DNA of 64,000 nucleotides from Opitutales bacterium (GTDB taxonomy: Bacteria > Verrucomicrobiota > Verrucomicrobiia > Opitutales > JABSRG01), in contig JBMYOQ010000017.1 of NCBI GenBank assembly GCA_049599475.1, positions 1 through 64,000 on the forward strand. The letters are read 5' to 3'. Numbering within the stretch: position 1 is the first letter of the stretch; every line of letters begins with the position of its first letter. Of the stretch, positions 59,001-64,000 are shown one piece after another. Below the pieces are notes generated by a model. The model saw only the letters and a program-made list of their open reading frames with translations. It did no database searches and was not told the DNA's origin. Both the position numbers and the translations under genes were made by a program.

Positions 59001-59043
59001 CCCAGTTCTCTTCTATCTATTTTTTAAAAGACAGATCGCCTAG
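56002..59043 (+). CDS. RND efflux transporter permease subunit (AcrB/AcrD/AcrF family)
   Basis: 1013 aa; ALGLLVDNAVVV, GIIVNNAILLID, RLRPIILT. Confidence 0.97.
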   Translation: MNPTAIALKNNRTTLVIYAVVMLVGLATYFSIGRLEYPEFTIRNAQIITSYPGRSAAEVEQEISMPLEQAVRQIAEIEEVISTSKPGLSIVSVSAGDQYFDLAPIWQDVRNQIANVHLPSGATTPSVNDKVGDVFPYVYALTGDGFPDRELTEYAEDISDDLLNLEGVAKVEIHGEQAETIYLEFSTTELASYGLSPTSVIQQLNSQNAVANSGNVLAGTERLNLVTLGEFETIEELADYRLSLPGNTTQVRISDLFDVKRGYKDPISSISHFNGERVVCIAVSMTPGFAVTDVGERLGIFFEKYLNNLPVGLNIETMFYQPKYVEASIQSFVANLGQAFFFVVLVMFLFAGLRLALIVGVLVPSAIMMTFAFMPQAGVQLEMMSIAALIIALGLLVDNAVVVSEQILVRLNQGQSRAEAVKAAGKGLLVPLLAASGTTIAAFSPIAIAEGATSEFTYSLFAVVSITLLSSWIISLTIIPIFCYYFLKPQTKDTFVGQLLAKSYDPYEKLLRFILKLGWVYPIIIVMLTFGAAYAFKFVPSIFFPPNERGQFIIDVELPLGTDILETEKSVQVLEDWLLAQEDVTDTISTWIGNGGPRWYLSLASEPANPNYSLLSILTKVEDPATISAFMDEIRSFAQENMVGARVSPKALENGPPVGDPIQILLTGKESQTIYELRDKIFAELADISGLYDMRDNWGAWVKQVNIDPDPVRTAQLGLTTESLAQYISLEYTGLTASQFREKDKSIPITIRSHEDYRTRPDRLKDLPIFVNQGTVPLSQVADVSVVFQPGSIIRKDGFREMTLKGKVTGAFASDILAEIQPRLAALMETPEWPAGYEIAYGGEQAESAESQGGIAAAMPISMAALSLILIAQFNSVRRFAIIMCTIPPMLIGVTPGLIITGSSFGFMTLLGLIALLGIIVNNAILLIDEINLQLEEQESLVEAIVTACRSRLRPIILTTCTTIVGLVPLALGGGGMWSSMAYAMMFGLGFATALTLLLCPVLFYLFFKRQIA

Positions 59044-59058
59044 ACGACCAAAAGCGAA

Positions 59059-59412
59059 ATGGATTTTGTCGGTGAGTTCATAACCATTCTTTCTTGGTCG
59101 ATCTATTTCGTCTCGCCCATCTTTCTGGTCTTATTGGTATCAATCGTGATACTCGGCTTGTTCGCAGGGAAGATTGAAAACTGGAACAAAACCGACGCGC
59201 TCTATTGGGCATTCATCACTGCGACTACGGTAGGCTATGGCGATCATAGACCTATAAAAAAGCGGTCCAAATTAATTTCAGTGCTCATCGCATTTCTCGG
59301 GATAATATTCACCGGCTTCATCGTAGCAGTAACGGTAAATACGGCGACCATCGTGATCGATAAACACGTAGAGCCGGAACTCAAAGAAAAGATTCTGATG
59401 GACCTTGAGTAA
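59059..59412 (+). CDS. minimal two-TM potassium channel
   Basis: DALYWAFITATTVGYGD selectivity filter flanked by two TM helices. Confidence 0.93.
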   Translation: MDFVGEFITILSWSIYFVSPIFLVLLVSIVILGLFAGKIENWNKTDALYWAFITATTVGYGDHRPIKKRSKLISVLIAFLGIIFTGFIVAVTVNTATIVIDKHVEPELKEKILMDLE

Positions 59413-59418
59413 AACGGC

Positions 59419-60099
59419 CTAGCGGGAACGTTCGCGACGATCTTCGCGGGTCTCACGTCGGTCCTCTCCGGCTTCTTTCTTATCTTCGCGAATCTCTTCT
59501 CCTGAGAGCTTAAGGTCCTCTATCATGATATTTCTAAAGGATTCTAGGGCCCTCACTTTGCTTCCATGCAGCTCCGCATCGACGACCCTCTCAGATAACC
59601 GATAGCCTTCGACACGGCCAAGAAGAGATTTTGCCTCACTAAGCAATGATTCGTAGGTCGCGGTGTCCTCACGGTCGTCACGTAGGTCACGGCGATCATC
59701 ACGCTTATCTCTGCGGTCGCCCACGTTTTTGTAAGTATCCTCATCGTTGCTACGATTCCTACGTAACTCACGTCGATCGGATCCAACTTCGCGACGACTT
59801 GAGCGTTCTTCAGCCTCGGCGCGTTTTACCTTTTCTTCGAGTTGGATGATTTCTTGGCGCATGGCACTCGCCAATTCAGGGATCAAAATATTGGCTCCGC
59901 CGATATCTTGACTTTTCACGTGTGAATAAAACGAATCCAGCTTTCTGGTAAACGCGGACAACTCCTCCTTATCACGCGCTACATCTTGCTTCGTTTTTGC
60001 AATAGAGCCTCGGTTCCGCAGTCTTTCAGCAATATTTTGCGCGTCCACAGAAATCGTGACGAAGAGAGCCATCGTTAAAAGGGAGAATAATCGAGTCAT
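59419..60099 (-). CDS. hypothetical secreted helical protein with Arg/Asp/Glu-rich repeats
   Basis: Signal peptide; DRRDKRDDRRDLRDDRED and EDRRETREDRRER tracts. Confidence 0.7.
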   Translation of the reverse strand: MTRLFSLLTMALFVTISVDAQNIAERLRNRGSIAKTKQDVARDKEELSAFTRKLDSFYSHVKSQDIGGANILIPELASAMRQEIIQLEEKVKRAEAEERSSRREVGSDRRELRRNRSNDEDTYKNVGDRRDKRDDRRDLRDDREDTATYESLLSEAKSLLGRVEGYRLSERVVDAELHGSKVRALESFRNIMIEDLKLSGEEIREDKKEAGEDRRETREDRRERSR

Positions 60100-60235
60100 G
60101 GTGTGTGGGGAGTCTAAACGTGTTTTGTTGAAATCGGTGTCTTAGAGCACCAAGGTCGCTTTGCACACATTAATTTCAGACGTCTCTGTAAATTTTGAAT
60201 ACTCGAACTGAGCAGAACTCTTTCAAAATCCAACT

Positions 60236-60853
60236 ATGAGCCCAGAATCGGACTCTTCCCATTCCGCACCGCCTTCAGACCTTCAATACGTAAAGGTCAG
60301 CCTCCTTGGAGCTCTGCTTCGTCCGCGGCAGACGCTTGAGCCGTGCCTCGCGCATCAGTATATCCCGTTTACTGCGATGTGGGCCGTATTGAGCGCAGCG
60401 GGTATGGCCTTCTACACGATGTTGCCGATCTATCCGCGGCCTGATTTCGAGTTTAATGATTTCTTGGCGACCCTCGGATTACTATCGCCGTTGATCGGAC
60501 TCATCGTCCTGCGGATGGCCGCTTGGGTGCTGGCGAAGTCCGGCAAATTTTTCGGAGGTAAGGCGAATACGCGCCTATGCCACGGGGCTCTGGCGGTAGG
60601 TCTCCTGCCGATTGGGTGCAGTCTGTTTATTTCGCTCCCGCTGTTTATTTTATACCCCAATGAACGGCTTATGGAAGTCGTCGGTTTCCTTGGGTTGGCA
60701 CAGGTCATCGGGACGATTTGGAGCTTGGTCAATGTGGTGAATGCAGTGGCCGTGGTCCATCAGATAAAAAGCTTCCATGCGGGAGTCGCCTTGATGGGTA
60801 TGATCGGGTTTATGTATGCGGTGCTGAGGCTTTTGGGCATGTTCATGGGCTAG
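60236..60853 (+). CDS. Yip1 family membrane protein
   Basis: LLRPRQTL start, about five TM helices, KFFGGKA motif. Confidence 0.7.
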   Translation: MSPESDSSHSAPPSDLQYVKVSLLGALLRPRQTLEPCLAHQYIPFTAMWAVLSAAGMAFYTMLPIYPRPDFEFNDFLATLGLLSPLIGLIVLRMAAWVLAKSGKFFGGKANTRLCHGALAVGLLPIGCSLFISLPLFILYPNERLMEVVGFLGLAQVIGTIWSLVNVVNAVAVVHQIKSFHAGVALMGMIGFMYAVLRLLGMFMG

Positions 60854-60921
60854 AGACCATTTACGGATTGAAAAGCGCAGGAGCCCTCGCATTCATAGGC
60901 GCTCCTTTAAAATCTACGACC

Positions 60922-62427
60922 ATGGCCAAAGCTGCAAAAACTGCGATCACACCGACCCGTTCCGAAGATTACCCTGAATGGTATCAGCAAGTCATCAAGG
61001 CTGCTGATCTCGCGGAGACATCCCCAGTGCGCGGATGTATGGTGATCAAGCCGTGGGGCTATGCTCTCTGGGAAAACATCCAAGCCGTGCTCGATGCCGA
61101 TTTTAAGGCAACCGGCCACAAGAATGCCTATTTTCCTCTTTTCATCCCCAAGAGCTTCATTGAGAAGGAAGCTGAGCACGTAGATGGCTTTGCGAAGGAA
61201 TGCGCAGTCGTCACACACTCGCGCTTGGAAGACGATGGCACTGGCAAGCTTGTGCCTGCTGGGGAGCTGGATGAACCCCTGATCGTTCGCCCGACTTCAG
61301 AGACCATCATCGGCGATGTGTTCTCGCGCTGGATTCAGAGCTATCGCGACTTGCCTCTCTTGATCAACCAGTGGGCAAACGTCGTCCGCTGGGAGATGCG
61401 CACGCGCCTGTTTCTCCGCACAGCGGAGTTTCTTTGGCAAGAAGGGCACACCGCCCACGCGACTCCCGAGGAAGCCGAGGAGGAGACTCTCAAGATGCTT
61501 GAGGTCTATGCGCGTTTTGCAGAGGACTATATGGCAATGCCCGTCATCAAGGGGCGCAAGACCGATGACGAAAAGTTCCCCGGCGCCGTGGATACCTACA
61601 CCATCGAGGCGATGATGCAGGATAACAAAGCCCTCCAAGCCGGCACATCCCATTTCCTCGGGCAGAATTTCTCGAAATCCAGCAATATTAAATTCCTGAG
61701 CTCGGATAACGTTGAAGAATTTGCATGGACTACCAGCTGGGGCGTATCGACCCGTCTGGTGGGTGGTCTGATTATGACGCACTCGGATGACGATGGTTTG
61801 GTATGCCCCCCTCGCATTGCTCCCGCACATATCGCCATTATACCTGTGATTCCGAAGCCTGCGATGGCTGATAAGGTAAATGAATTTTGCGACCAGCTCG
61901 CTGAAGATTTGTCGAAAATCCAATACATGGGTGCGCCCCTCAAGGTCGAGCTGGATAAGCGCGATATTCGAGGCGGTGAGAAGGCCTGGGGCTGGATCAA
62001 AAAGGGCATTCCACTTCGCCTAGAAGTGGGCCCACGTGATATCGACAACAATTCTGTTTTCGTCGGACGCCGTGACAAAGGTGCCAAAGAAAAATACGGA
62101 CAAGATCGCGATGAGTTCCTCGCAAAGGTCGTCGAGACCCTCGAGGATATCCAGAAGTCTCTCTTTGAACGCGCCCTCGCCTATCGAGAAGCCGCGACGA
62201 AAACAGTCGATTCCGAGGAGGCTCTTTACGCCTTTTTCCAAGACGATCAGCCCGGTGGCTTCGCTATCGCTCATTGCACTATGACAGATGCTATAGCCGA
62301 CAAGCTGCAGAAGGATCTCAAGGTAACAGCTCGCTGTATTCCACTCGAAAACAATGAGGATCTGGGAACATGTATTTTTAGTGGCGACGCTTCTGCTAAG
62401 AAAATCGTGTTTGCGAAAAGTTATTAA
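60922..62427 (+). CDS. proS: proline--tRNA ligase (archaeal/eukaryote-like type)
   Basis: DYPEWYQQVI, VRPTSET, QWANVVRWEMRTRLFLR, QAGTSHFLGQNF, SWGVSTR, FAKSY C-terminus; no INS editing domain. Confidence 0.98.
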   Translation: MAKAAKTAITPTRSEDYPEWYQQVIKAADLAETSPVRGCMVIKPWGYALWENIQAVLDADFKATGHKNAYFPLFIPKSFIEKEAEHVDGFAKECAVVTHSRLEDDGTGKLVPAGELDEPLIVRPTSETIIGDVFSRWIQSYRDLPLLINQWANVVRWEMRTRLFLRTAEFLWQEGHTAHATPEEAEEETLKMLEVYARFAEDYMAMPVIKGRKTDDEKFPGAVDTYTIEAMMQDNKALQAGTSHFLGQNFSKSSNIKFLSSDNVEEFAWTTSWGVSTRLVGGLIMTHSDDDGLVCPPRIAPAHIAIIPVIPKPAMADKVNEFCDQLAEDLSKIQYMGAPLKVELDKRDIRGGEKAWGWIKKGIPLRLEVGPRDIDNNSVFVGRRDKGAKEKYGQDRDEFLAKVVETLEDIQKSLFERALAYREAATKTVDSEEALYAFFQDDQPGGFAIAHCTMTDAIADKLQKDLKVTARCIPLENNEDLGTCIFSGDASAKKIVFAKSY

Positions 62428-62445
62428 CTCCTAGTCCCATAATTT

Positions 62446-63216
62446 ATGAAAAAAATTCTGATTGGTTTAGCCGTCCTGTTCGTGGTCGGCGTTACGGTGG
62501 TTGTGATCGCCGCATCAATGTTCGTAGGTTCCGTAATCAAGGAAGGGGTCAACACACTCGGACCTGAGATTACCCAAACTGAATTGAGCGTAGAAGGGGT
62601 AAGCGTATCCCCATTCACCGGCGGGGGCTCCATCAAAGGGCTCCTACTCGGCAACCCTGAAGGTTTCGACGGTGAGCAGGCTATGTCCTTGGAAAAACTG
62701 GACGTGGCGGTAGATCTCGGAACGCTGTTTAGCGGCGAAGCCATACGTATCAAAAAAATTCACCTGAAAGCTCCGAGCTTCGCCTACGAGAAATCGCTCC
62801 GCTCCAGCAATATAGCTGAAATTCAAAAGAATATTGAAGAGTTCGGCGCACAGTTCACGGCAGCAGAAGAAGGGGATCCTGCTATCGAGCAACCTGCCTC
62901 CGAAGAGACCGCATCGACCTCAGAATTTCCAATCAAAGTCATTATAGACGAAGTCATCGTTGAAGGCGGCACAGTCGGGCTGACATTGGCTGGCCAGACT
63001 ATCTCCGTCCCGATCCCTACGATCAAGCTGAGCGAAATTGGTGAAGCCCAAGGCGGTATCGGCCCGGACGAAGCCGCACTAGAAATCCTAAATGCGCTAG
63101 TTCGTGGCATCGGCCAAGCGACTGCAAATGCGGGCGCGTCTATTATCAAAGGCGGAGCGGATGGCGTAAAAGGGGTTACGGATGGTATCAAGGGTATCTT
63201 CGGCGGCGGCGAATAG
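62446..63216 (+). CDS. AsmA-like protein
   Basis: N-terminal anchor, GLLLGNPEGF, SNIAEI, IPTIKLSEIG. Confidence 0.65.
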   Translation: MKKILIGLAVLFVVGVTVVVIAASMFVGSVIKEGVNTLGPEITQTELSVEGVSVSPFTGGGSIKGLLLGNPEGFDGEQAMSLEKLDVAVDLGTLFSGEAIRIKKIHLKAPSFAYEKSLRSSNIAEIQKNIEEFGAQFTAAEEGDPAIEQPASEETASTSEFPIKVIIDEVIVEGGTVGLTLAGQTISVPIPTIKLSEIGEAQGGIGPDEAALEILNALVRGIGQATANAGASIIKGGADGVKGVTDGIKGIFGGGE

Positions 63217-63240
63217 TCCGCGCCTGCGAAAGACCGCGCT

Positions 63241-64000
63241 GTGCATTGGATCATTTTAGCAGCATGCTCAGCGCTTTTTCTGGGAGTATACGACTATCTC
63301 AAGAAGATTTCGGTCCGCGAGAACGCCGTTCTACCGGTCCTCTTTTTCGCTAATTTAACCGGCGCCCTGGTATGGTTGCCGGTAATTTTATGCCCCGTGG
63401 AGTGGCGGTCGACATGGTTGCCAGATTCTCTGAATCCTGATCAGATATCGCTCTCCCAGCACGGGTTTCTCTTCGCTAAATCAGCCCTGGTGAGCTGCGC
63501 TTGGCTGCTGTCTTACTTTGCCGTAAAATTCCTCCCGCTCTCTACTGCCGCACCTATTCGCGCGACCTCTCCCTTGTGGACTCTGCTTATCGCAATCGGG
63601 TTTCTCGGAGAGTCTCCCTCGGCACAACAATCTATCGGCATCGCCATTACCCTTGCCGCATTCTGGTATTTCAACGGAGGCAAAAAGGACAAAACCGGGG
63701 GCGCAAACAACAGGCGTTGGATCTGGGCAATGGTCGTGGCCACCCTCGTGAACGCCTGTAGCGGGATATACGATAAATACCTCCTGCAGACGGTCGGGTT
63801 TACCCCAGCCACGGTGCAGGCGTGGTTTTCCGTATACCTCGCCGTAATCATGTTTCCCTTTTATCTCGGCTGGCGCATGCAGCTGTGGAAGCGCAGGGGT
63901 GCATTCGAGTGGCGCTGGAGCATTCCGATGATCTCCATTACTTTACTGTGTGCAGACTTCGTCTATTTCTCCGCCATGCATCAACCCGATGCTATGGTCG
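63241..64000 (+). CDS. EamA/DMT family transporter (3' end beyond window)
   Basis: My translation from the GTG at 63241: MHWIILAACSALFLGVYDYLKK...YFAVKFLPLSTAAPIRATSPLW...; absent from the ORF track because it has no stop in the window. Confidence 0.88.
   Translation, partial: MHWIILAACSALFLGVYDYLKKISVRENAVLPVLFFANLTGALVWLPVILCPVEWRSTWLPDSLNPDQISLSQHGFLFAKSALVSCAWLLSYFAVKFLPLSTAAPIRATSPLWTLLIAIGFLGESPSAQQSIGIAITLAAFWYFNGGKKDKTGGANNRRWIWAMVVATLVNACSGIYDKYLLQTVGFTPATVQAWFSVYLAVIMFPFYLGWRMQLWKRRGAFEWRWSIPMISITLLCADFVYFSAMHQPDAMV

Overview
Bacterial chromosomal window. Gene content and repeat style suggest Verrucomicrobiota (Opitutales-like); this is an inference. Housekeeping blocks: metK-ahcY, thiN, gap-pgk-tpiA, accB-accC-asp23-amaP, topoisomerase II subunit A, a DEAD-box helicase, two Hsp20 genes and proS. 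Accessory regions: two paralogous secreted beta-helix glycan enzymes; a purine/nucleoside catabolic-looking cluster (signal-peptide adenine deaminase, HupE/UreJ, adenosine deaminase, Rieske oxygenase, SSS transporter, sulfatase, signal-peptide MTA/SAH nucleosidase) with sigma54-like promoters; TetR/YHS/thioredoxin; a DUF1854 ABC exporter pair; AAC(6'); HtrA; an RND system whose TolC carries an extra N-terminal domain. Two observations stand out. (1) A tightly coupled operon encodes a minimal secretin, a long lipoprotein periplasmic adaptor and a MacB-type ABC ATPase plus permease, with no TolC and no T2SS/T4P genes (40403-45289). (2) A GxxExxY PD-(D/E)XK-family gene sits inside ~30-bp inverted repeats made of 9-nt units (23048-23525), and the same repeats recur as a gene-less 290-bp element (28843-29132) and as a collapsed hairpin after ahcY (2199-2251). 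Several GTAG-type REP doublets are present. No rRNA, tRNA or CRISPR array was recognised. All calls are by-eye motif recognition; no database search was run.
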